From Candidatus Nanosyncoccus sp. (GTDB taxonomy: Bacteria; Patescibacteriota; Saccharimonadia; Saccharimonadales; Saccharimonadaceae), in NCBI GenBank assembly GCA_045578285.1, contig JAZNJY010000004.1, positions 9,500 through 73,499 on the forward strand: 64,000 nucleotides of DNA, read 5' to 3'. Shown here one piece after another: positions 8,441 through 17,061 of the stretch. The translations under genes and the position numbers were made by a program. The first letter of the stretch is position 1; every line of letters starts with the position of its first letter. The notes under the pieces are model-generated. The model saw only the letters and a list, made by a program, of their open reading frames with translations, searched no databases and was not told where the DNA came from.

Positions 8441-8547
8441 TTCTTTTTTACCGTAAAAATGGTATAAAAATATCCCTCTATTTTGATGAGGGATTTAACA
8501 GACATTTACAGGTTAAGAAATAGTTGAAAAATATTTTACAACCTGAA
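8441..8547 (-). repeat. tRNA-trailer element copy A (~105 nt directly after tRNA-Ala 3' CCA)
   Basis: About 80% identical, by eye, to 26329-26435, which directly follows tRNA-Val; contains ATCCCTC-N9-GAGGGAT hairpin plus T-run. Confidence 0.7.
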
Positions 8548-8623
8548 TGGTGGAGTATGCGGGACTTAAACCCGCGACCTCCGCAATGCGAATGCGGCGC
8601 TCTATCAGCTGAGCTAATACCCC
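8548..8623 (-). tRNA. tRNA-Ala (anticodon CGC)
   Basis: Manual cloverleaf: GGGGTAT acceptor with G3:U70, anticodon loop TTCGCAT, encoded CCA, 76 nt. Confidence 0.9.
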
Positions 8624-8645
8624 AGTGCTTCTATTATAGCACATT

Positions 8646-10028
8646 TTAGATGCCTGGAACAGGGAATTTTTTGGTGAGAGATTCTACTTCGTTCCTGATG
8701 GCGGCGAAATCTTCGGCGTAAGTTTCTAGATTATCTTCTGTCTCGGCTTTGACACAAATATCGGCAACTTGCTTCATGAAACCGGCAAGCTCTTTCATTT
8801 CTTTGATACCAAGGCCGCGAGTAGTGATGGCTGGAGTGCCAAGACGTACGCCGGATGGGCGGAAAGCGCCACCTTTATCGGTTGGAAGAGCATTGGCGTT
8901 TAAGGTGAGTCCGACCATATCGAGGGCTTTTTCATAAATTTTGCCGTCAATACCGAAAGATTTCTGCATGTCGACGAGGATTAAGTGGTTTTCGGTGCCA
9001 CCACCTTGCAAAATAAACCCACGATTTTTAAGCTCGTCGGCTAGGGTTTTGGCGTTTTCGACAATTTTTGTAGCGTAATCTTTGAACTCTGGTTTTAACG
9101 CTTCACCGAAAGCAACTGCTTTTGCCGCAATGATATGTTCTAGTGGGCCACCCTGGGTACCAGGAAAGACTGCGCGGTCGATCAAAATAGGGATGTTTTT
9201 GAGGGTTTTTTCTGGTTTTTTGAGTGGGGAAGCAACGTTGCCCTTCGATAAGATGAGGCCGCCACGTGGGCCACGCAGTGTTTTATGTGTAGTAGTGGTC
9301 ATGACGTCGAAGCCAAAATCGAGTGGATTTGGATGAATCCCGCCAGCAATGAGTCCAGCTACGTGTGCCATGTCTGCCATTAGGAGGATTTCGTGGCCGG
9401 CTTTTTTGGCGGTTTTGTCACGAATTTCTACCACGCGTTTAAAATCTGGGATTTTCATAAAAGCGGAGTAGCCAATTAGGATAATCTTTGGCGAGTGCTC
9501 CATGGCGAGGCGTTCAAGCTCGTCGTAGTCAATGTCGCCATCTTTAGTGACGCCATAGCCGATAAAATTATAGATGTGGGCGCTAAGCGTGACTTTGGCG
9601 CCATGGGTGAGGTGCCCGCCAGCCGGAAGTGACATGCCAAGCACGGTATCACCTGGTTCTAGCCAAGCAAAATACACTGCATTGTTGGCTTGGGCGCCAG
9701 AGTGAGGTTGCACATTAGCGTGATCGGCGTGGAACAATCGGCAGGCACGGTCGATACACAAGCGTTCAATGCGGTCGATATTAGTTTGTCCACCGTAATA
9801 GCGATAATTTGGTAAAATTTCTTCGGCGATCTTGTCTTCGCTCCATTCTTTGTCGCCGTAACCGGTGCCTTTGAAATTTGGATAGCCTTCAGAATATTTG
9901 TTGGTTAAAATTGAGCCCATCGCTTCTAAAACTTCAGCGGAGACGTAGTTTTCGCTAGGAATAAGTTCTAAGCCTTTTCTTTGGCGGTTTTTTTCTTGAT
10001 TTATCAAATCAAATACGATATCTTTCAT
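8646..10028 (-). CDS. glyA: Serine hydroxymethyltransferase
   Basis: LELIPSENYVS...LTNKYSEGYP...TTTTHKTLRGPRGG (PLP-Lys region) typical of SHMT. Confidence 0.95.
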   Translation of the reverse strand: MKDIVFDLINQEKNRQRKGLELIPSENYVSAEVLEAMGSILTNKYSEGYPNFKGTGYGDKEWSEDKIAEEILPNYRYYGGQTNIDRIERLCIDRACRLFHADHANVQPHSGAQANNAVYFAWLEPGDTVLGMSLPAGGHLTHGAKVTLSAHIYNFIGYGVTKDGDIDYDELERLAMEHSPKIILIGYSAFMKIPDFKRVVEIRDKTAKKAGHEILLMADMAHVAGLIAGGIHPNPLDFGFDVMTTTTHKTLRGPRGGLILSKGNVASPLKKPEKTLKNIPILIDRAVFPGTQGGPLEHIIAAKAVAFGEALKPEFKDYATKIVENAKTLADELKNRGFILQGGGTENHLILVDMQKSFGIDGKIYEKALDMVGLTLNANALPTDKGGAFRPSGVRLGTPAITTRGLGIKEMKELAGFMKQVADICVKAETEDNLETYAEDFAAIRNEVESLTKKFPVPGI

Positions 10029-10037
10029 GAAATCTCC

Positions 10038-10514
10038 TTATTTAAGTGAATATTTAGAAATGACATAGGCTAGATCATTTTCGGAACCTTTCTTTATGAT
10101 TTGCTTAACGTATTTGGATTTGTCGAAGGCTGGGAAAAAAGTGTCGGCGCTCGTGGTAGAGTTGATTTCGGTAAGATAGAGGTTTTTGGCATATGGAAGA
10201 GCAAGTTTATAAATGGCGCCGCCGCCGATGATGAAAAATTCTTCGTCTGAGTTTTGGTGTTTTTTGAGAAAATCGATTAAATTAGGAATAATTTTGACGG
10301 AGCTTGGGAGATTCTTGGGATTTCGTGAAGCGACGTAATTTTTGCGACCGGGGAGTGGATTGCCGATGCTGTCGAAAGTGGCTCTGCCCATAATGACTGG
10401 ATGTCCTAGAGTGGTATTTTTGAAAAATTTCATGTCTTCTTTGATACTGAAAACAAGCTTGCCGTTTAGCCCGAGTTCGTTGTTTTTACCGATGGCTGCA
10501 ATGATGTTGAACAT
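10038..10514 (-). CDS. folA: Dihydrofolate reductase
   Basis: MFNIIAAIGKNNELG...MGRATFDSIG.PLPGR.N...IIGGGAIY. The ORF-track 248-aa form is an upstream extension overlapping thyA; ATG at 10514 lies 1 nt after the thyA stop. Confidence 0.9.
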   Translation of the reverse strand: MFNIIAAIGKNNELGLNGKLVFSIKEDMKFFKNTTLGHPVIMGRATFDSIGNPLPGRKNYVASRNPKNLPSSVKIIPNLIDFLKKHQNSDEEFFIIGGGAIYKLALPYAKNLYLTEINSTTSADTFFPAFDKSKYVKQIIKKGSENDLAYVISKYSLK

Positions 10515-10515
10515 T

Positions 10516-11481
10516 TTACTCCGTAACTGGCATACTGATTGTGCCGAGATTTTTATAATTCTTAAGTTTGATATCTTTGAGTTCGCGCGAGCTGTCGAAA
10601 GCGTGAAAATCTTTAATTTCGGGATTAATCCAGAGGGTCGGGGCTTTAGGAAGGGTGCCGTTTTTGATGGCTTCGTCGTAGCGAGCGATTTGCTCCTTGA
10701 TGCCGTCGATTTGGTTTTCGTAGATATGGGCATCATTTGTGATAAAAGTGAATTGACCAGGCTTTGCGCCGATGATGTGAGCAATTAGGTAGCAAAGGGT
10801 GGCGTATTGCACGATATTAAATGGTAGTCCTAGCGGAACATCAGATGAACGAGAGGTTACGAGCAGATTTAGGCGGCCATCGATGAGGTTCCATTGCGAG
10901 TTCCAGACGCAAGATGGTAAGGCAGCAGTGGGGAGCCATTCGTTTTGCCAGAGACTCATGACCATGCGGCGGTTGCCAGGGCTTTGTTTTAAGGTCTCGA
11001 TGAGGTTGTCAATAAGATGATAGCGATTGACAATCCAGCCATAGGCAGTGCCGATGGTGTGAGCGAAGTCGGTCTTTGGCTCGTCTGGATGTGATTTAGC
11101 GAAGATTTCGTTGATGTTTCGCCCCTGATAAGTGCCGTCTTCGGCGATTTCCCATTCGTCCCAGATTTTGATGCCACGCTCTTTAAGCCAACGGACATCG
11201 TTTGAAGCTTGTTGATAAATCCAAAGCATTTCGAGCGTGGCGGTCTTGAAGGCGACTTTTTTTGAGGTGAGGATGGGGAACTCTTCTTCGAGATTGAATT
11301 GTAAAACCTGGTGAGGTAGACGGATGGTTTTAGCCTCTGATGCCCCCTGAGCGGTATGATCTGGAATAGCCAAGGATGCAGCATCGGTGCGATGATCGGA
11401 CTTTTGATAATTTATGATTTTTTCACCATTTTTAAGGATGCGACGACAGAGGTCGATATACTGATCGTCAAATTTGCTCAT
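10516..11481 (-). CDS. thyA: Thymidylate synthase (ThyA type)
   Basis: LPSCVW.SQW...L.L..TSRS.DVPLGLPFNI.QYA.L...DAHIY.NQ motifs. Confidence 0.95.
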   Translation of the reverse strand: MSKFDDQYIDLCRRILKNGEKIINYQKSDHRTDAASLAIPDHTAQGASEAKTIRLPHQVLQFNLEEEFPILTSKKVAFKTATLEMLWIYQQASNDVRWLKERGIKIWDEWEIAEDGTYQGRNINEIFAKSHPDEPKTDFAHTIGTAYGWIVNRYHLIDNLIETLKQSPGNRRMVMSLWQNEWLPTAALPSCVWNSQWNLIDGRLNLLVTSRSSDVPLGLPFNIVQYATLCYLIAHIIGAKPGQFTFITNDAHIYENQIDGIKEQIARYDEAIKNGTLPKAPTLWINPEIKDFHAFDSSRELKDIKLKNYKNLGTISMPVTE

Positions 11482-11518
11482 TTTTGCCTCCTGATTAATA
11501 GTTTCAGTATAGCATACA

Positions 11519-11547
11519 TTGACTTTTTTGGCAAAGTGTGCTATAAT
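11519..11547 (+). promoter_or_regulatory. Sigma70-type promoter
   Basis: TTGACT - 17 nt - TGcTATAAT, 30 nt upstream of ATG 11578. Confidence 0.7.
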
Positions 11548-11577
11548 ATAAGAAATACTACAATATTGGGAAGCGAA

Positions 11578-12210
11578 ATGAAAGCTAAATATATTGGAAT
11601 GATTTTATTATCCAGTTTTATCGGGATAATACTTAACCCGGAGATTTTGACGGCATCGGACTCGATTGTGGTCGCTGATTTGGATCAGAGTGTGATGACG
11701 GAGACTGTGATTTTGGCGCCAGAGACGTCGGCGACTCCGGTGGTGAATAATGTTGCCGTAAGGACGGTTGTTACGAAAACCGCCGCCGTGAAGGTTGCTG
11801 CAGTAAAGACTACTGACCAGATTAAGTTTGCTTGGGGTGCGCAAACTCTTAAAAATGCTAGCTCGACTGAAGTTGATGCTGGGGCGGACGCGATGAAATC
11901 TGAGCGTTTGATTTGGGCGCATAATAATACGGCGTTTAACAATATTAAGAACTTGAAAATCGGCGATACTTTTGCCGTGACTCTTAATGGGGTGACGAAA
12001 AAATATAAAGTAGCGGCGAATCCGATTGACGGAACTAAAGGCATAACCGCAAAAGTGATTAATGTGAATAGAGGTGAGCTTTATCATGAGCAGATTGGTA
12101 ATTTTTATACTAGTGCGCTTGAAAAAGGATGGAAGCATGAACTCGTGCTGATGACTTGTGCGGGTACGAATGGATCGCATCGCTACATTGTAGTGGCGGA
12201 CGAAATATAA
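11578..12210 (+). CDS. Sortase-family transpeptidase-like protein (membrane anchored)
   Basis: N-terminal TM segment; WAHNN (His), LVLMTCAG (TLxTC-like Cys) and SHRYIVVA (Arg); paralog of 48615-49118. The ORF-track start 11356 lies upstream of the promoter. Confidence 0.6.
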   Translation: MKAKYIGMILLSSFIGIILNPEILTASDSIVVADLDQSVMTETVILAPETSATPVVNNVAVRTVVTKTAAVKVAAVKTTDQIKFAWGAQTLKNASSTEVDAGADAMKSERLIWAHNNTAFNNIKNLKIGDTFAVTLNGVTKKYKVAANPIDGTKGITAKVINVNRGELYHEQIGNFYTSALEKGWKHELVLMTCAGTNGSHRYIVVADEI

Positions 12211-12271
12211 AGCTTTACAATTTAGTTTGCCACGTGTTATACTGGTTATATTAAAAGGAGGTGTGTAGTAA

Positions 12272-13231
12272 ATGTGCACGGGTGTGCGTTTTAGTGACGA
12301 TAAAGGTAATATGTATTTCGGCCGAAATTTAGATTGGTCAAATGGGTATGGCCAAGAAGTCATTATAACCCCGAGGGGATTTTCGTATAATTCGGCGTTT
12401 TTGGGGAATTTGAGCCTAAAGCAGGGCGCAATTATAGGGATGGCGGTAGCAGAAGCAGGCGTGCCGCTTTATTTTGATTGTTACAATGAGTCCGGTTTAG
12501 GGATTGCGGGGCTAAATTTTCCTGGTTATGCTAAATATGAAGCGGCGGAGGTTGGTGGCAAGACTAATGTGGCGGCTTATGAGTTTCCGCTCTTTGTGGT
12601 CATGAATTATGCTACTGTAAAAGAGGCGAAGGCGGCACTAAAAAATGTTGCGATTGTGGCAAAGCCGATTAATGACAAATATCCAGTATCGGAGCTGCAT
12701 TTTATGATCAGTGACGGAGAAGAATCTATCGTTGTTGAGTACACTGAAAAGGGCATGGAAATTTTTGATAATCCGGTGGACGTGCTCACCAATCAGCCTG
12801 GTTACGCTTGGCACAAAGAAAACTTACGAAATTATCTAAATTTGTTCTCGCAAATGCCAAAAGAGGTAAAATGGGGCGATAAAGCTAAGATGACGGCTTT
12901 TGGCTCAGGTTCTTTGATGCGCGGAATACCGGGTGATTATTATTCTACTTCACGTTTTGTGCGCGTGGCGTATCTCAATACGCATTATCCTGTTAAGACG
13001 ACTGAAGAAGAAAATGTTTCTAGGTTGTTTCACACTCTTACCGGAGTGGCGATGATTGACGGCGCGGCGCAGATGGCTAATGGTGAGTATGAAAAAACTG
13101 TTTATACTGGTGGTTATTCTGCCTTGGCGAAAGCTTACTATTACAATACATATGAAGATCCGGCGATTAAAACAGTTAAAATGGGAGATTACGCTTTGGA
13201 TGGAGCGGATTTAGTACAGGCTAATTCATGA
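12272..13231 (+). CDS. Ntn-hydrolase, choloylglycine hydrolase / linear amide C-N hydrolase family
   Basis: MCTGVRF... N-terminal nucleophile Cys2, FGRNLDW, ~320 aa; RBS AAAGGAGGTG. Confidence 0.8.
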   Translation: MCTGVRFSDDKGNMYFGRNLDWSNGYGQEVIITPRGFSYNSAFLGNLSLKQGAIIGMAVAEAGVPLYFDCYNESGLGIAGLNFPGYAKYEAAEVGGKTNVAAYEFPLFVVMNYATVKEAKAALKNVAIVAKPINDKYPVSELHFMISDGEESIVVEYTEKGMEIFDNPVDVLTNQPGYAWHKENLRNYLNLFSQMPKEVKWGDKAKMTAFGSGSLMRGIPGDYYSTSRFVRVAYLNTHYPVKTTEEENVSRLFHTLTGVAMIDGAAQMANGEYEKTVYTGGYSALAKAYYYNTYEDPAIKTVKMGDYALDGADLVQANS

Positions 13232-13956
13232 TAAAAAGATTACTGCATTTTGTGATTGCGATAGTAGTACTCGTAGGCGCTGCTGTTTGGGGATACAATG
13301 CGGTAATCAATAGACAAATAAACATTAATAAATGGTTTACGTCGGGGCAGATGTTAGGGGTGGATGTATCTTCCTATCAGGAAGATGTGGATTTCAAGAA
13401 ACTCAAAGAGCAGGGCGTGAGGTTTGCTTACATTAAGGCGACGGAGGGGGTGACTCACGTAGATGAGAGTTTTCGGCAAAAATGGGCGGATGCGGCGGAA
13501 GCCGAGGTCATAGCGGGGGCATATCATTTCTTTTCGTATAATGTGAGCGGGGCGGAGCAAGCAGAAAAATTCATCGAGGTGGTGGGGGCGCTCGATGGCA
13601 GGCTGATTCCGGCGGTGGACATGGAACTTTCTATTGAGGAAGTAAAAAATCCGCCGGAAGTTTCTGTTGTAGTGAAAGGTTTGAAGGCGTTTCTTGCGGT
13701 GATTGAAGAAAAATACGGTGTAAAGCCACTGATTTATGCACAAAAAGACTATTATGACAAATATCTTGCGGCAGATTTTGCGGAATACCCTAGGTGGGTA
13801 AGGAATGTATTTTATCCAGTTTATATAGATATGGGCGATGATTGGGCCGTTTGGCAATATAATGATCATGGCGAACTCCAGGGTTATGGTGGGGAAAAAT
13901 ACATAGATTTGAATGTGATAAATGGAAACTTTGGGCTGGATAAGTTGAAGTATTGA
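13228..13956 (+). CDS. GH25 family lysozyme (muramidase), membrane anchored
   Basis: GVDVSSYQ..VDF..LK..GV.FAYIKATEG....D..F...W......G.YHF pattern; ATGA overlap with upstream gene. Confidence 0.85.
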   Translation: MIKRLLHFVIAIVVLVGAAVWGYNAVINRQININKWFTSGQMLGVDVSSYQEDVDFKKLKEQGVRFAYIKATEGVTHVDESFRQKWADAAEAEVIAGAYHFFSYNVSGAEQAEKFIEVVGALDGRLIPAVDMELSIEEVKNPPEVSVVVKGLKAFLAVIEEKYGVKPLIYAQKDYYDKYLAADFAEYPRWVRNVFYPVYIDMGDDWAVWQYNDHGELQGYGGEKYIDLNVINGNFGLDKLKY

Positions 13957-14045
13957 GAGTGGACTTGTATAAAATGCGCTTTTATGATATAATGAGAGTA
14001 GTTTCATAAGAAAGCACATTTTGTTTTGAGAAAGGGGGTAACTGC

Positions 14046-14393
14046 ATGTTACAGCAATCATTGAATGATTTTGTCACTAGTTGGAATAGAAATCATCTTA
14101 ACGTGAAATTTGCCTTGGTCACGATGCCGGTAATTGAAAGACCGGTGAGTGTAGAGGTGAGATTTGCGGCTGATAGGTACGTCAAATTTATTTCTGAAGA
14201 AGAGTATGAGAAGTTGAAAGTCAAGGTGGCGGTAACTTCTAAAGGGACTATGTTTGTCGCGACAGATTATTTTCTGTTTGCTAGGGGCATCATTGAAATT
14301 AAAATAGCTTCGATTTCGGATGCTTATAGTATAAACATAGTTGCGAATACTTTGAAGTGGGTCGGTGATAGGTTTTTCCCGAAAACTAGCTAA
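14046..14393 (+). CDS. Hypothetical protein (115 aa)
   Basis: TGaTATAAT box ~55 nt upstream, RBS AAAGGGGG, terminator-like hairpin plus T-run at ~14438-14470. Confidence 0.55.
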   Translation: MLQQSLNDFVTSWNRNHLNVKFALVTMPVIERPVSVEVRFAADRYVKFISEEEYEKLKVKVAVTSKGTMFVATDYFLFARGIIEIKIASISDAYSINIVANTLKWVGDRFFPKTS

Positions 14394-14483
14394 TGTGATT
14401 AAACGTGATTGTATATTGTAGTCAAAGTCTAAAGCGTAAGGCTCACTGATATAGTGGGCCTGTTTTTTTGGGGGGCAAAAAAA

Positions 14484-14559
14484 TGGAGCCGCGAACCGGG
14501 TTTGAACCGGTGACCTCATCCTTACCATGGATGCGCTCTACCAACTGAGCTATCGCGGC
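14484..14559 (-). tRNA. tRNA-Thr (anticodon GGT)
   Basis: Manual cloverleaf: GCCGCGA/TCGCGGC acceptor, anticodon loop ATGGTAA, T-loop TTCAAAC, CCA encoded. Confidence 0.9.
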
Positions 14560-14670
14560 GTACCGTCTTTGCTTGTAAAAGCGTATTTTCATTATATCAC
14601 ATCTTATTAAAATATGAAATAGAATATATGACGATAATTGAAAAGGTTGGCTACAGAAAGGCCATACATA

Positions 14671-14699
14671 TTGACTTTTATGGTGTTTTGTGCTATAAT
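14671..14699 (+). promoter_or_regulatory. Sigma70-type promoter
   Basis: TTGACT - 17 nt - TGcTATAAT upstream of 14756 gene. Confidence 0.7.
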
Positions 14700-14755
14700 A
14701 GAAAATGTAGGTTACTACAAAAACGCATGCAATTTAGTGAAAAAGGAGGGTAAGC

Positions 14756-15313
14756 ATGAGTTCTTTAAGAAACAAAGGGATGCTTTTATTGGCTTTGGTG
14801 GCAATGGTTATTGGACTTATTGTACCGATGAATGTTTATGCTGCAACTGCAAAGGATGCGGCAGAAGGGTTACTCGAAAAGCAAATCGACTTTATCGATT
14901 CTCATATTGAATGGGCAATTGAAATTGGCGATAGGATTGAGGCCAAATATGGTAGCAAGCCACCAATTACGAGTGTTCTCGCTCAGTCTGCATACGAATC
15001 AGCTTGGGGCAAAAGCGATTTCTGCTTAAACCATAAGAATGATTTTGGCATAGGCGGCAAATCGGCTCCAAAAGATTTTTCGACACATTATGAAAGTTGG
15101 GAATACTACTACCAGCTTATAGCAACAAGAGAAGATTATGTGAAAAATGGTTCACTTAAATCAGAAAACACTTATGAGTATATAAACGCTTTAATTGATG
15201 GTGGGTATTGTACCGACGATGAATACCTAGAGGATATTTTATCTATTGCAAATAAGATAAAGCCTTATGTTGTAGCCAAAGAAGCTGAAATTCGTGCTAT
15301 ACACGATGTTTAA
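14756..15313 (+). CDS. Secreted GH73-like N-acetylglucosaminidase (FlgJ/Mur2 glucosaminidase domain)
   Basis: Signal peptide ...VYAATA; LAQSAYESAWGKS...NDFGIGG matches the AQ..lESgwG.S...nN.FGIk motif; RBS AAAAGGAGGG. Confidence 0.75.
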   Translation: MSSLRNKGMLLLALVAMVIGLIVPMNVYAATAKDAAEGLLEKQIDFIDSHIEWAIEIGDRIEAKYGSKPPITSVLAQSAYESAWGKSDFCLNHKNDFGIGGKSAPKDFSTHYESWEYYYQLIATREDYVKNGSLKSENTYEYINALIDGGYCTDDEYLEDILSIANKIKPYVVAKEAEIRAIHDV

Positions 15314-15361
15314 AAGCCCTAGTTTATACGGTCGCAAGCGCGGCCGTATTTTTTTGTGTTA

Positions 15362-15543
15362 TGGTGCTGGAAGTAGGACAGTCATTTCGCTAAAGCGAAA
15401 CGACAACGTCGGGCGTCGGTTCGGAGTATAACAAACAAGTTTGTTATACTCACTCACCTCCTACGACGTCCGAACCTACGGTTCTCGTCCTACTTGCCTA
15501 GAATCAGAATTAAAATAAGACCCTTCGGGTCTAATTTTAATTC
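15362..15543 (-). other. Highly structured ~180-nt segment downstream of tRNA-Tyr ending in an exact 18-nt copy of the tRNA 3' end (relic att site or tRNA-derived RNA)
   Basis: tggtgctggaagtaggac occurs at 15362-15379 and 15544-15561. An internal 11-bp perfect hairpin GTATAACAAAC/GTTTGTTATAC is nested in GGTTCGGA/TCCGAACC and AGTAGGAC/GTCCTACT stems. A terminator-like hairpin lies at ~15505-15543. Confidence 0.5.
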
Positions 15544-15628
15544 TGGTGCTGGAAGTAGGACTCGAACCTACGAAGGCCGAAGCCGAGAGATTTACAGTCT
15601 CTTGTCATTGCCACTAGACGATTCCAGC
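15544..15628 (-). tRNA. tRNA-Tyr (anticodon GTA), long variable arm
   Basis: GCTGGAA/TTCCAGC acceptor, A73, anticodon loop CTGTAAA, variable arm CGGCTTCGGCC, CCA encoded, 85 nt. Confidence 0.9.
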
Positions 15629-15647
15629 ACTGTAATCATTATACACG

Positions 15648-16397
15648 TTAAATTCGTTTTTGTCCAGTATGTGGCTTGGTGATTTTTGGTTTATCTGTGG
15701 TTTTTGGGGCTGGAGCTCTACTAGCTTCTTTGCGACGAGCGGTGGCTTTTGACAGACGACGTTTTTTAGCTTCGTTATCTCTGGTGATTTGCTCTTCGAT
15801 GCGCGCGGTGGTGGTGGCGGAGCTTGCGGCATCGCCAGCGGCCTCGTAAATGGCTAAGATTTGACGTAGCGTAGAAACGGAAGGATCTAGCTCGTATGCA
15901 TTTTCTAGAGCTTCGATAGCTTTTTTAGTATTTCCGAGCTTTTCTTCAGCTTTGGCGAGAGCCATATAGCGAGCTGGAACATCGCCCTCAGCTTCGATGG
16001 CTTGGAGAAAAGCCATCTCTGCCTTTTCGTATTCGCCAATTTCGAGATAAATCAGGCCTGCATTATGAATAGAAGCCGGATTGTTGTCGAGTGACTGAGC
16101 GATTTCAAAGCACTCTACGGCTTCTTCGTAGCGTTGGCCTTTGGCATAGAGAATGCCCAGGCGGTTGTAGGCGGCGGCGTTCTTTTCGTCAAACTTTAGG
16201 ATGGTAAGTAGGGCTTTTTCGGCGCGGAACGGCTTACGTTCGCGCATGGAAGTTTGAGCGACTTGCCAGAGTTTTTTCATTTGGGCTTTGTATTTTGGAG
16301 ATTTCTCTTCTTCCTTTTTTGGTTTTGGCTCCAAAGGGAAGAAAAAAGACAGGTAAACTGCAAAAACCAAAATCACAAAAACTGCAATCATAATCAT
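15648..16397 (-). CDS. TPR-repeat protein with N-terminal TM anchor
   Basis: Several 34-aa A..Y..LG..Y...G.Y..A...F..A...DP-type repeats. Confidence 0.75.
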   Translation of the reverse strand: MIMIAVFVILVFAVYLSFFFPLEPKPKKEEEKSPKYKAQMKKLWQVAQTSMRERKPFRAEKALLTILKFDEKNAAAYNRLGILYAKGQRYEEAVECFEIAQSLDNNPASIHNAGLIYLEIGEYEKAEMAFLQAIEAEGDVPARYMALAKAEEKLGNTKKAIEALENAYELDPSVSTLRQILAIYEAAGDAASSATTTARIEEQITRDNEAKKRRLSKATARRKEASRAPAPKTTDKPKITKPHTGQKRI

Positions 16398-16398
16398 A

Positions 16399-17061
16399 TT
16401 ATATCAAATCTGCAACTAAATGCAATTTTATGTGGCCGTTGCGAGAGATATTATCGTAGGCGGTGAGAAAACCTGGAAGTTTTTTGATAAAAATTTGGTT
16501 GTTGGTCTTAAAATACGATTTATAAAGCATTTCGATAGTGACACCGAGAATGTTTAGGGTATATTCACGGACGCCATCTTTTTTCTTGCAAATTTCTTCA
16601 GCGAGTGCAGGAAGGTCGGCTGGTTTTGCAACGATAAGTTTTTTTGCGAGATTTTTGATTTTAGCGTCAGCTAAGATATCGCCGTCAACCAAGGTGATGG
16701 TTTTCAAAAAATAAAGAGAAGCGCGGCTTAGAATAGTGGGAAGAAGTTTGGAAGGCTGGTCGGTGATGAGTAAAAAATGAATTTTGTCGCCAGGCTCCTC
16801 GAGGCTTTTCAGGAGGGCATTGGCGGCGTCTGGACCAAGCTTGTCGGCTGGACGGATGATAATAAAACGGTCGCTGGTTTGTTTGGTAGATAATTTTGAT
16901 AAAACGTCGCGCACTTGTTCGATAGTGATGGTGGATTTGTCTTGAGGCTCCAATGTAAGCGCGTTTTTGATGGTGAATTCTGTGTTTTCTGGTAGAGCAA
17001 AAACTGCGGTGGAAGTTTTTTTGGCGATGTTTTCTATTTCGGCGACAGAATTAAAAAACAT
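16399..17061 (-). CDS. holB: DNA polymerase III delta' subunit-like (short form)
   Basis: LLKSLEEP......FLLIT..PSKLLPTILSRA motif (T.xSRC box) of clamp-loader delta'. Confidence 0.7.
   Translation of the reverse strand: MFFNSVAEIENIAKKTSTAVFALPENTEFTIKNALTLEPQDKSTITIEQVRDVLSKLSTKQTSDRFIIIRPADKLGPDAANALLKSLEEPGDKIHFLLITDQPSKLLPTILSRASLYFLKTITLVDGDILADAKIKNLAKKLIVAKPADLPALAEEICKKKDGVREYTLNILGVTIEMLYKSYFKTNNQIFIKKLPGFLTAYDNISRNGHIKLHLVADLI

Noticed and set aside
1389-8547. Prophage or integrative-element call for the tRNA-Ala-adjacent segment
   Set aside because: No integrase, excisionase, capsid, terminase or conjugation genes are present, and no direct repeat of the tRNA-Ala 3' end was found at the far side. 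I can only describe it as a compositionally heterogeneous accessory segment.
10038-10784. 248-aa form of the DHFR ORF (and the 10342-10788 plus-strand ORF)
   Set aside because: The first 90 codons overlap the 3' end of thyA in another frame and are Ser/Lys/Thr-rich nonsense. Recognisable DHFR begins at MFNIIAAIGKNN (ATG 10514), 1 nt after the thyA stop.
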